A model generated the notes under the pieces. It was given only the letters and a program-made list of their open reading frames with translations. It was not told the DNA's origin and did no database searches. From a virus: 64,000 bases of DNA. The stretch spans positions 62,821 to 126,820 of IMG/VR virus record IMGVR_UViG_3300037316_000027, one strand, 5' to 3'. The translations under genes were made by a program, and so were the position numbers. Below are positions 33,257 to 42,160 of this stretch, one piece after another. Each line of letters starts with the position of its first letter. Positions within the stretch are counted from its first letter, which is position 1.

Positions 33257-33813
33257 TTGAAGAAACTCTTTCTTGCTTTTGCTGCGCTGTCGGCTTGCGT
33301 GATGCTAGCCGGTTGCGATGAAGACACTTCGGCCGGGGCACGTGATACTCGCGCGCGACCATGGTGGCGACCGAACAAGGTGCTGTCGCGGTTGGCTTTC
33401 CGGCGATCATCAACTGGGCCGAGAAGCGGCTTCTCAAGATGATCTATGAGCTACGGGACAATCCCAAGCTGGTGACGTACACATACGTCACGGATTTGGC
33501 CGGCAAGCTGCATTCGGTCTGCATCGGGACCAACTCAGTGGGCTATCCACTGCCCTACGCGACCCAGTACACGGCCCCGAAGTCGCCGGTCATACGGCGT
33601 GCCCAATACCCGACGAGCTATCAGGGCAGCTCCCAAGGCGAATGGCGCACCTATGAAGCGGACCAGCCCGAACCGAACGGGCTGTATATGCCGTCGTCGG
33701 CGGAAGGCACGTGGGTTGCGTGTTTGAACCCGGAGACCAAACAGGTAGCGCCGGTCTATGTCGAAGATCGTGTGCGGACTTACCCTTACAAGATCGCGAC
33801 CGCTGTCGATTGA
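33257..33813 (+). pseudogene. Lipoprotein gene interrupted by an apparent 2-nt frameshift in a (CG)4 tract
   Basis: Signal peptide plus lipobox LAGC in frame 33257; body continues in frame 33361; deleting one CG at 33350-33357 fuses them (DTRATMVA). Confidence 0.6.
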
Positions 33814-33834
33814 TTGTCGATCGCGCGAAAATCG

Positions 33835-33862
33835 AAAAGCCCGGCATTGCTGCCGGGCTTTT
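33835..33862. terminator. Bidirectional intrinsic terminator between the plus-strand operon and the tmRNA
   Basis: aaaagcccggca-ttgc-tgccgggctttt. Confidence 0.85.
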
Positions 33863-33865
33863 CTT

Positions 33866-34205
33866 TGACCGTTCTGTTGCTAGGTGGTCGGCCCCAACCG
33901 CGTTACGCCGCGAGGCGCATTTCGGTCATGGGAACGTTGTCGTTCACATTTAGAGTTTGACCCGAGCCCACGCCGCTTCGCGGCATAGGGGACGGCGGTA
34001 TCATGCCGAGTTCACTTCGAGACTTCTTCGCGTCCATCGATCCTGTTTCGCCCCCATCAAAGTCGGCGCGTGCATCCCCGCAGGGTGTGTGCTCGCTCTT
34101 AGCGAATGGCATCCATGCCACTTCGCGCCGACCATGGTGGAGGCGCGGGGCATTGCATCCCCGGTCTGACCGCAGTCCGTCTCAACATTCAGAACCATCG
34201 TCCGC
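33866..34205 (-). ncRNA. ssrA: Circularly permuted (two-piece, alphaproteobacterial-type) tmRNA
   Basis: Minus strand: acceptor piece ending CGCCTCCACCA (3' end 34135), 79-nt intervening hairpin segment, coding piece starting GGGGGCGAAACAGGATCGA (34055) with a G3:U70 pair; tag frame 33947-33903 encodes VNDNVPMTEMRLAA*; downstream GCAACAGAAC. Outer ends approximate. Confidence 0.92.
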
Positions 34206-34293
34206 CGCTGGTCAACCACTCGCTACCCATCCCCCGTTGCGTTCCTTGAAACGTGGGGGCCAAAGCCTTGTCCGTTGTGCGGCGAACGTCGTT

Positions 34294-34322
34294 AACCTAC
34301 CTCCGCATTCCGTGCCTGTCAA
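34294..34322 (-). promoter_or_regulatory. Sigma70-like promoter for the tmRNA
   Basis: TTGACA-N17-TAGGTT on the minus strand. Confidence 0.6.
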
Positions 34323-34395
34323 GAGGAACGTTTCGGCGCGCTCTGAATTGATATGCCCAGAGGGGCAACCCGAAAATAAGGAAAGAGAGACTGAC

Positions 34396-34695
34396 ATGAA
34401 AAAGGTTTTGATCATCGCCGCTGCGATCACCGCGCTCGCATGCGCGCCTGCCCTAGCGCGTGGCAATGGAGGCGGACACGGCGGCGGTGGCGGCTTCCAT
34501 GGCGGCGCTGGTGCTGGCGTTCACGTCGGCGGCTTCCATGGGGGCGGCCACATTGGCGGTCGTGGCGTAGGCATCGGGCTCGGTCTCGGTGCAGCCGGCA
34601 TCGGTCTGGGCCTCGGCTGCCCGGCGCACGTCGTAGGCTACGACGCTTACGGCAACCCGGTCTATCGCCGCACGTGCGGCGACTACGACTACTGA
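34396..34695 (+). CDS. Secreted glycine-rich small protein
   Basis: Signal peptide MKKVLII..PALA, GGFHGG repeats, C-terminal C..VGYDAYGN..C. Confidence 0.8.
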   Translation: MKKVLIIAAAITALACAPALARGNGGGHGGGGGFHGGAGAGVHVGGFHGGGHIGGRGVGIGLGLGAAGIGLGLGCPAHVVGYDAYGNPVYRRTCGDYDY

Positions 34696-34869
34696 GTAAT
34701 ACCCGGCGCGCTCCCGCGCGTCGGTCACCCCACAGAAGAAGGATACTAATCGGAGCCGGTCGAAAAATGACCGAGTGACCAAACAACGCTGGGGTCTCCG
34801 CCTCGGCGCGTTTCTTTTATTGCCCTCGGGCGCTTGACTGATGTTGTGGTTAATGCTACGAACCACTCT

Positions 34870-34944
34870 GCGAGGGTATTGTAAGTAGCATGTCGAGATA
34901 CACCAATCTTGAAAGTGCCGGTTCGTATCCGGCCCCCCGCTCCA
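34870..34944 (+). tRNA. Degenerate tRNA-Gly-like element
   Basis: GCGAGGG/CCCCCGC acceptor stem (1 mismatch), U discriminator plus CCA, T-arm GCCGG-TTCGTAT-CCGGC; weak D-arm and 8-nt anticodon loop TACACCAA. Confidence 0.5.
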
Positions 34945-36011
34945 ATCCTGAACTCTATCTGGAAGTGTGTTCTGCGGGCGACCCCCGCTACAAGGACATT
35001 CTCAAACACCACTACATCTGGGCCGGTGAGACAATCAAAGGTATACAGGGTCAACAAGTTCATTTTCTTATTTGGTACAAGGAAAAGATCGTTGGGGTGA
35101 TCAGCGGCGCGAGCGCCGTCTATCTCACCGCTCCCCGAGATAAATTCTTTGGGCTGCATGGCAAACGCGCGACCAAAGGCAAGCCCGCAATCGGCAATCG
35201 AGAAAAGTGTCTGAATGGCATCGTCGATAATGTTGTGTTTAGGCTCGAAGATCATGAGAAAAATCTAGCTAGTCGGGTTCTCTCCCTCTGGGAGAAAAGC
35301 GTTGTTTGGGTCTGGGAAGCGCTTTACGGGACCAAGGTTTATGGTTTTGAAACCTTCGTTCTCGGCAACGGATCAATGAAACAGGAAGAGGTTCCCGGAG
35401 CCGCGCCAGATAGTCGCGGGCGGCCAATCTTGCATGTTGTACGCGTCGATGACCCCGAAGGTATCGTGCGTAAAGGCTTTATCTATCGTGCAACCGGCTG
35501 GTCGTTGGCTGGGACAACTTTCGGGAGTGCTAAAGGGCACGACGGGGTCGGACTAACCGGCGGCAAAAATTACCGCGAGCGCGTCTCGCCGCAGCTACAC
35601 AAAGACCTAATCGAGTTGGGGGTTCTGGAAGAGGGTGATGACAATCGCATCAACGACCCATTCCGAAGAAGGAACGTGCCAACGAAAGATGTTTATTGCA
35701 AGTGGGTTCCCGGATACTCGTCTCCGATAGAAAGCAATTACATCTCGTCGTGGAAGGCGGGCACTGCGAATGGGACGCCGGAAGAGAAAGCGTTGGCTAA
35801 GTGGCGGACTGATTTTCGGCGCAAACTGCTCGGCACGAGATTTTCTCGGGACGGAAAGGCGCTTGTATATGAAAACCTCGAACAGACAATTTGCGGGCGG
35901 GTCGAGTGGAATGCACCCGGAGCGCCGGGTGACACTAGACGCCGTAAAATGCGACAATCTATCCGTGCACCCTCTGAGCGTGAAAATTTACGGTCGCCCA
36001 AAACCGACTAA
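34890..36011 (+). CDS. DUF4338/DruA-like (Mom-related, GNAT-like fold) protein
   Basis: HHY..GQQVHFLI..VGVISGASAVY..PRDKFFG..IVDNVVFRL..NLASRVLSLW..W..LYG..GFETFV..GFIYRATGW..G.T; start uncertain because it overlaps the tRNA-like element. Confidence 0.7.
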   Translation: MSRYTNLESAGSYPAPRSNPELYLEVCSAGDPRYKDILKHHYIWAGETIKGIQGQQVHFLIWYKEKIVGVISGASAVYLTAPRDKFFGLHGKRATKGKPAIGNREKCLNGIVDNVVFRLEDHEKNLASRVLSLWEKSVVWVWEALYGTKVYGFETFVLGNGSMKQEEVPGAAPDSRGRPILHVVRVDDPEGIVRKGFIYRATGWSLAGTTFGSAKGHDGVGLTGGKNYRERVSPQLHKDLIELGVLEEGDDNRINDPFRRRNVPTKDVYCKWVPGYSSPIESNYISSWKAGTANGTPEEKALAKWRTDFRRKLLGTRFSRDGKALVYENLEQTICGRVEWNAPGAPGDTRRRKMRQSIRAPSERENLRSPKTD

Positions 36012-36639
36012 AGAATTCCTGCGTAGTATTGAGACGCACGGGCTCTTGCAACCCATCATCATAAACGACCAAGGTCACCATGTGATCCTGTCTGGGAGTA
36101 CACGGGCGGAAGCGTGGCGAATGCTATGGGAGCAGAAGCGCCTCAAGTCAAGCTGGATACCCTGTCGCATTCTTCATCTTTCGCCGCTGGAGGCTGAGCG
36201 CCTCGTTATAGAGAGCAACCGTCAGCGGGTAAAGACAGCGGGGCAGAAGGCGCGAGAGAGCAACGAGCTTGTGAGGATTTTCTCGGCCGATCAAGATGTC
36301 AGGAGCGCGATTGCCCGGATCGCCCGTGAAACCAAACAGGGCGTCCGAACGGTCAACAAGCAGATCATGATCGTGACGGAGGCAGGCGCGCGGAACGTAG
36401 TTGCACAAAACGCTCTCGCCGAACTGGATAAAAACCAAACGAGCGTGAGCGCCGCCTACCGTGCGATCAGTCCGCAAAAACGGACCTTGCGCAATTCTCC
36501 GTTAGGGGGTAGGGTTGCGGCACTTGAGACGCTCGCCCGGAAGCTCCCTAATGATCTCAAGGACCCGACGAACAAAGAGTTTCTAGCCGAGGCCGTGGCG
36601 AGAATAGGCGCAGCGGTCCGCCTACTGCACCGGAGTTAA
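35929..36639 (+). CDS. ParB/Srx N-terminal domain protein
   Basis: LSVHP..IYG..FLRSIETHGLLQPIII..ILSGSTRAEA..LVIESNRQR; GTG start with GGAG SD. Confidence 0.8.
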   Translation: MTLDAVKCDNLSVHPLSVKIYGRPKPTKEFLRSIETHGLLQPIIINDQGHHVILSGSTRAEAWRMLWEQKRLKSSWIPCRILHLSPLEAERLVIESNRQRVKTAGQKARESNELVRIFSADQDVRSAIARIARETKQGVRTVNKQIMIVTEAGARNVVAQNALAELDKNQTSVSAAYRAISPQKRTLRNSPLGGRVAALETLARKLPNDLKDPTNKEFLAEAVARIGAAVRLLHRS

Positions 36640-36640
36640 A

Positions 36641-37168
36641 ATGTCAAAGAATTTTCCGTCTGCGCCCGGCTCTACGGATAACAATCATGAGCGGTCTGGC
36701 CGCCGGGATTTGACAGTCTCCGGCTTTTTGCGTACTTTGTACGACATACGCGTGCTCGATAGCGACGGGTACGGCTACTGCAAGAAGTGTCATGAAGTAC
36801 TGTGGTTTGTAGAGGCTACTGGGCGACCCAACAAAGTTTGGACAATGACGCAGCAGCTTGCGCGCGACAGCAGCAAAGCGCGGGAGGGCTGTTGTTCGGC
36901 CTTTTTGATTGTTCATGCGCCCGGCGGAGAAGACGGAGAGCATGAGCACCCGATAGATTTTCACCACGTTAGGTATGTCAATGGCCAAACAGCGAGCCTT
37001 AGCAAAGACGACGAGCTTGTGAGCGACACGGTCGAAGTTGAACGTAGCGCCCCTTGGCGACGCCTGCGCGCTGTTATGGACGGTTTGCGGCTGTCCCATG
37101 AGTGCAAGAGAAAATTAACCCTAAAATCAGGTCGCGTCTTGACGCCCTCGCGGTTCTCGACTAAGTAG
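36641..37168 (+). CDS. Hypothetical protein (possible PD-(D/E)xK-like with CxxC)
   Basis: LDSD..YCKKC..LWFVE; coupled to the ParB-like gene. Confidence 0.6.
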   Translation: MSKNFPSAPGSTDNNHERSGRRDLTVSGFLRTLYDIRVLDSDGYGYCKKCHEVLWFVEATGRPNKVWTMTQQLARDSSKAREGCCSAFLIVHAPGGEDGEHEHPIDFHHVRYVNGQTASLSKDDELVSDTVEVERSAPWRRLRAVMDGLRLSHECKRKLTLKSGRVLTPSRFSTK

Positions 37169-37255
37169 GGGGCTCGCTCAGCGCCGCAACGGCAACGAGC
37201 ATCAACCGGGCAACGATCCGCGTGATCAGCGCCCCGACCCTGAAAAGGAGCCGTC

Positions 37256-38272
37256 ATGGCTCGCACTTCTATTGTTAAGTTGCCCCTCGCCAAGCTTTTT
37301 GTCGATGGGGTGGAAGAGAAAATTTTCGTGGGCGAAGTACGCCATGCTCACGGAGAAGAAGGCGCTGGCTATCAGCGCGATCCCTATCGCCGCAGAAAGT
37401 GGATCAAGCTCCACGCGGCGAAGTTCAATAGCGCGCTGATGCGCGTCATTGAAGTCTCGGCGCGCGGTGACGGCACTTTCGCCATCATCGACGGCGGAGG
37501 GCGCTGGGCCATGGCCCAGATCGCCAAGAAGACGGACCTTCTTTGTCGCGTACATCATGGACTGACGCGCGAGGAAGAGGCGACGCTCTTCAAGGACTTC
37601 GACAAGGAAATCTATCGTCTGCGAGGGATTGATACCTTCCTCGCCATGATAGGCGCGAAAGACGAAACCGCTCTCGCTATTCAGAGCGCGGTCCTCCCTT
37701 ACGGGATTGCGGTCGCTGGCAAGGGCACGCTCAAGTGCGTTGGTCAGTTTCTTTCGGTCAAGAAGGGTTCGCCGCACGGCTTGCGGCTGCTGTCATCGGT
37801 CGCGAACATTCTCGCGACTGCATACGGCAACTATGATCCCAAGACCGGCGAGTTCGGCAAGGGCTGTGGTGTGATCGATGGCTATATCGTCATCGCATAC
37901 GCCACGATCCTCGACAGCGTCCTCGAAGCTATCGAGGACGGTGGTGTTCCTGAGGGACAGTATGCGGCATGGGAGAAGCGTCTCGCTTTCATCGCCTCGC
38001 GGACTGCTCCCGCCAAGATCGCGGAACACCTGAGCAAGGGCGGGTTTCTCCCCAAGAGCATCCCGGCTGCTCCACTTGCCGCTCACTACCTCGTCAACCG
38101 CCCGGTAACGTCCGGGGTGGGCAAGGACCCGGCCCCGGTCAAGTTCAAGCCCACGAAATACGATCTCGGAGCCAACCGGGTCAACACCTGCTACTCGACC
38201 GGGAAGACCTTCTCGTCCCGCATATCTGAAACTACCGCGCTGAATGAGGACGATCCCGCCGACGCGGCATAA
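37256..38272 (+). CDS. ParB-like (DUF6551/DGQHR-related) protein
   Basis: IEVSARGDGTFAIIDGGGRWA..LTREEEATLF; AAGGAG SD. Confidence 0.7.
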   Translation: MARTSIVKLPLAKLFVDGVEEKIFVGEVRHAHGEEGAGYQRDPYRRRKWIKLHAAKFNSALMRVIEVSARGDGTFAIIDGGGRWAMAQIAKKTDLLCRVHHGLTREEEATLFKDFDKEIYRLRGIDTFLAMIGAKDETALAIQSAVLPYGIAVAGKGTLKCVGQFLSVKKGSPHGLRLLSSVANILATAYGNYDPKTGEFGKGCGVIDGYIVIAYATILDSVLEAIEDGGVPEGQYAAWEKRLAFIASRTAPAKIAEHLSKGGFLPKSIPAAPLAAHYLVNRPVTSGVGKDPAPVKFKPTKYDLGANRVNTCYSTGKTFSSRISETTALNEDDPADAA

Positions 38273-38291
38273 AGCACCACACCACGCGACG

Positions 38292-38317
38292 AAAGCCGGG
38301 CAGCAATGCCCGGCTTT
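38292..38317. terminator. Bidirectional terminator between convergent genes
   Basis: aaagccgggca-gcaa-tgcccggcttt. Confidence 0.8.
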
Positions 38318-40676
38318 ATTCTTGCGGGTCGCCGAACTCGTTGGTAGCGTTATCGTCGTCATCGTCGATCGGCTTGCCCTTGCCAGCCTTCTGCTTGTCG
38401 GCCTCGTAGATCGCGCCCAGAGGCTTCGGCGTGAGGTTCTTCAAGATGCCGCCCTTGCCGTTGATCGCATACAGGCGCGGCCGTGCGCCGTTGGCGAGAA
38501 TGGCCTGCCCCATCTCTTCAGCATCGAACTTCCGCAACAGGATGCTTCTGATATTGGCGCTCAAGCGCGGTGCCCGATGCTCGATCCGCTTCGGCACCAG
38601 AATGGCAATATCGTCGAGAGCGACCAGTCGGCCGTTGAACGGGAATATGTCGCGCTGGTCTTCCATCCAGCGCGCAAGCTCGTCTTGGCCGGCAGCGATC
38701 ATAGAAGTCTTGGCCGCCGTGAGGGGCGCGGCTGAAGCGCCGCTGTATGTGCCGTAGTCCCAGTTTCCGAGCTGGTATGCGACGGCCGCGATAGCAGCCG
38801 GGTCGTTGAGCTTGGTGACGTAGAGGTTGGTATAGTACGCGATCGACGCCGGAGAGTTCTTCCCGTAGCGCGGCGTTGCCTTCGTGTTGATAACGAGATA
38901 GCGCCGATCGGTGTCGTCGAGATTGAGAGCCGCCTCATGGTTTGACATCGCGAAGATGCCGAAACAGTTTTCGACATTGCGCTGGGGCAGGTTCTTTTCG
39001 TTGACGCTGATCATGTCCTGCGTGATCAGCGGATGCAGCTTGTTGGCGACTTCGGTTTTGTCGATCGCGCGCAACTCTTCGATAACGAGAAGCTTCGATC
39101 GGATGGCCCAACCATTGAAGTCGCCGTGGAGATCGGACTGATTGATGTTGGCGACGTTCCGCAGGTTGAGAATGCGGCCGAGCATTTCGACGATGTAGCT
39201 TTTGCCGGTGCCCTGAGCGTCACCTTGGATCAGCAACGCGTGCTTCGGTTTCTCAGTGAGGTTCTGGAGCAGCCACGCCATCCAGTTCATAACCATCATG
39301 CGGTCCTCTTCGAGCGGGAAGAGGTATTCGAGATGGTCGTTCCACCACGACACGTCGCCCTCTGCGGGCGTGATGTTCGGGGGCACGTACATATTGAAGA
39401 CATCGCCGCTGATACGCTGATCGAGGCCCGGCTTGTAGGCGACGCTCTTGAACCGGGCGATCGTGCCCTTCTTCCGGCGTAGCAGAACGTCCGCGATGTT
39501 CTTGGTGCTCTTCGACCCGAGGATGTTGTTGTACTGGCCGTTGAAGGCCTCCTTGTCCCACACGTTGGTCGTGTCGCCCTTTTCGATAAATCGCTTGAGC
39601 CCGCCGACCCAGACCCACTCCTTGATCAGCTCGTTCTCCTTGAGAAACCGCTCTCGCTTTTCAGGCGACTGAGCGGCGACCTCCTGACGCGCGGCTGCCC
39701 GGGCTTCGGCTGCCGTGTCGGGGTCGGCGCTGTTCGTGAATTCGTAGGTTTTAGTTTCTCGGTTGTAGGTGCCCATCCGCGTGGGGTTAATCTCGGGCTC
39801 GTCGTCGGCGAAGTCGGCCTCTGCCGTTTTGCCGCCAGTCTTCGAGAGGCTGGCGTAGTTGAAGGCGTTCTCGACCTTCCGCTCCATGTCGTCGCGGTCC
39901 CATTCGGGAACGCAACGAGGATTGTAATACTCACAGAGAATATCAAGCGAGACCGCAGGACTGATCCCGATATCCTTGAGGTACATCGCGGTCTTCAGTG
40001 TGTTGAAGTCGCCGCCCGAACCCTCGATAGCCGGGACTGCATCCTGCAACAGGAAGTCAATCGCCAGTTCGATGTTCGCTGGCTGATCCAGCTCAACCAC
40101 GACTTCACCCGCGTTGGCGATGCGTGACTTGGCTTTGGAGTTTTTGATCGTGTCGTAAATCCACTGCGGACAGTTGACCGCATCGGCATCATTCGTGGTG
40201 TAGCTCGTGCCGTCCGCGAATACGCATCCGGGGATCAGCGTGTAGTTCGGACTGTCGATATCTTTGCCGATGCCGTTCAATCCCAACGCCATGACGTGCG
40301 CAGGGTGGTTCTCGTCGGCCCAACCTTGATAGACCATATGCCAGCCGCCGGACGGCGTCTCAGTGCGCTCGGTCGCGTCCCATCCGTAGATCAAGTCGAG
40401 AACGGCGAAGGTCTCGTCGCCGACCTTGCCTTTGGTTTTGTTAGTGTCAACGTCGGCGACAAGGAGCTTTGATTTCGCATGCGCGACGCCCCAGTTGCAG
40501 CCGGGAAACTTTTTCGCCCACGCGATGATTTGCTTCGGATCGTTCGAACAGTTACCGTCGAGATTGTCTCGAACACAGGGCGGGAACTTTTTCAAAGCCT
40601 TGATCGGGAAAATGTAGCGCGTATACATATGCCGATCGAGATAGGCGAGCGCGAGCGCGAGGCTTTCAAAAATCAT
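38316..40676 (-). CDS. Bifunctional primase-polymerase fused to an SF3-type (DUF5906/NrS-1-like) helicase
   Basis: NWGV..LLVADVD..TPSGGWH prim-pol motifs; Walker A GDAQGTGKS, LLVIEE, MSNH, DRRY. Confidence 0.9.
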   Translation of the reverse strand: MIFESLALALAYLDRHMYTRYIFPIKALKKFPPCVRDNLDGNCSNDPKQIIAWAKKFPGCNWGVAHAKSKLLVADVDTNKTKGKVGDETFAVLDLIYGWDATERTETPSGGWHMVYQGWADENHPAHVMALGLNGIGKDIDSPNYTLIPGCVFADGTSYTTNDADAVNCPQWIYDTIKNSKAKSRIANAGEVVVELDQPANIELAIDFLLQDAVPAIEGSGGDFNTLKTAMYLKDIGISPAVSLDILCEYYNPRCVPEWDRDDMERKVENAFNYASLSKTGGKTAEADFADDEPEINPTRMGTYNRETKTYEFTNSADPDTAAEARAAARQEVAAQSPEKRERFLKENELIKEWVWVGGLKRFIEKGDTTNVWDKEAFNGQYNNILGSKSTKNIADVLLRRKKGTIARFKSVAYKPGLDQRISGDVFNMYVPPNITPAEGDVSWWNDHLEYLFPLEEDRMMVMNWMAWLLQNLTEKPKHALLIQGDAQGTGKSYIVEMLGRILNLRNVANINQSDLHGDFNGWAIRSKLLVIEELRAIDKTEVANKLHPLITQDMISVNEKNLPQRNVENCFGIFAMSNHEAALNLDDTDRRYLVINTKATPRYGKNSPASIAYYTNLYVTKLNDPAAIAAVAYQLGNWDYGTYSGASAAPLTAAKTSMIAAGQDELARWMEDQRDIFPFNGRLVALDDIAILVPKRIEHRAPRLSANIRSILLRKFDAEEMGQAILANGARPRLYAINGKGGILKNLTPKPLGAIYEADKQKAGKGKPIDDDDDNATNEFGDPQE

Positions 40677-40750
40677 GGGGCGGGTTCTCACGGGGCCGGG
40701 GACGATCAAACCCTTACACCTTCTCGTTAACTATGTCCAGCCCCCGCATG

Positions 40751-40778
40751 TTGACAATGCTCTCGGCCTGTGTACGCT
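40751..40778 (+). promoter_or_regulatory. Sigma70-like promoter in the divergent primase/replication intergenic region
   Basis: TTGACA-N16-TACGCT; second TTGACA at 40822. Confidence 0.5.
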
Positions 40779-41824
40779 GCATCTAGCGTCAAGAGATTTA
40801 GTTCGGAAAAACCCCTGCCTGTTGACAGAGGCCCGGAAAAGGAGTAGCGGAAAACAATGCCACACGATCCGTGCATCAAAGCTCTTGCCCGTGCTCTCGA
40901 TCTTGAGTGTTGGGAGAGCTACTCCGGCCAGCCTGTCGCGATCAAGCGCGCGCTCGACAAGAGACGCACCGCCGCGCTCCGCACCGCGCAGGAAACCGTT
41001 GACGAAATCTTCGCTGAAAATTCCCCCAAGCCCGAGAGAAGTCCCATGCATGCTAAACACTCAACCGGATTTGAATTCGTCCTAGAAGACGAGCCGCCGC
41101 GATACCATTCGTCGGTGATGAAGATCGAGATGATGCTGCACTTCGCGACGATCGCCGGGCCATTCGTTCCCGAGGCTCAGCGCACGTCGCCGGCCTACAC
41201 GAAGTTCGTCAAGCAGTTGCTCGCCGACGATCTGATCGAGCGGCCGACGCATGCACAACGCAGCATGCACCCGGGCTGGGCGTACATCGCGACCGAGCGC
41301 GGACGCGCCTACGTCGAAGCCCTCAAGGATATGCAGTTGCCCGTCGCGTTGAAGACGACCACCACGTGGCGCATCCCCGAGTGATGATGACCCGAGACCA
41401 GCGGAGCGCCCTGAGAGATCAGGGCGCTTTTGCGATCAAGACGCTCAAGAAGCTTCAGCGCGCGTGCACGAACGGTGCCGACGTGAACGACTTGTGGCGC
41501 ACCATCAACTTCGCCGTGTTCGATCTCAAACTGGCGAAGGCTCGCCGGGACCAGATAATCGCGCGCAAAAAGAAACGGAAACTTCCCCTGTGCCTTTGAC
41601 ATGCCTTTGCGGAAAGATATTCGAGCCCAAGCGCAATTCCAAAACGTGTTCGCCAGAGTGCAGCAAAGTGCGCACCGCGCGCCGGGACCGCGCATATAGG
41701 AATACGCACCCGCACAAGAAGTACGCCCGGAAACCCCGGAGAGGATGGGAGCCCCGCGCAAGCGTCCATCGTAAGATCAACCGCGCCGTGCGACTGCTGT
41801 TCGCACTAACAGGAGAGAACCATC

Positions 41825-42076
41825 ATGAGAACCGAACTCCGCGCCAAGGTTTATGACGCCGTTGATACCGAACGTGATCATCAGGGCCGCAAGTGGGGAG
41901 AAAAGTCGCAGAGCGCGGCGGCTTTCATCCTGTTCATGGAGCATCATCTGACAAAGGCGCGGGCTCTCGCCACAACAATGGCTGGTGAGACCGCAGCACT
42001 CGACGAGATCAGGAAGGTCACTGCGCTCGGCGTGGCCTGCATGGAGCAACACGGGGCTCCGCGCTGCCAAAAATAA
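41825..42076 (+). CDS. MazG-like all-alpha small protein
   Basis: ERDHQGRKWG...EIRKVTALGVACME pattern. Confidence 0.5.
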   Translation: MRTELRAKVYDAVDTERDHQGRKWGEKSQSAAAFILFMEHHLTKARALATTMAGETAALDEIRKVTALGVACMEQHGAPRCQK

Positions 42077-42129
42077 ATCGGTGGACCCGGCTTGACTAGC
42101 CGGGTCTTTCGGTCTAAGAGCCATTATCG

Positions 42130-42145
42130 TTAACGAATTCTTAAC
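42130..42145 (+). promoter_or_regulatory. CtrA-type box just downstream of a TTGACT promoter
   Basis: TTAAcgaattcTTAAC; TTGACT at 42092. Confidence 0.7.
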
Positions 42146-42160
42146 CCGGAGTTGTCCCCC

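Noticed and set aside
33903-34121. 72-aa ORF ending in RLAA as a protein gene
   Set aside because: It is the tmRNA tag reading frame extended upstream
34696-34830. Possible structured RNA or pseudoknot (ggtcac/gtgacc, acccca/tggggt)
   Set aside because: Short pairings are expected by chance in GC-rich DNA; no family recognised
34890-36011. Complete Druantia defence system
   Set aside because: Only a DruA/DUF4338-like domain is present; no large DruE helicase
35929-38272. ParABS plasmid-prophage partition system
   Set aside because: No ParA Walker ATPase and no recognisable parS nearby
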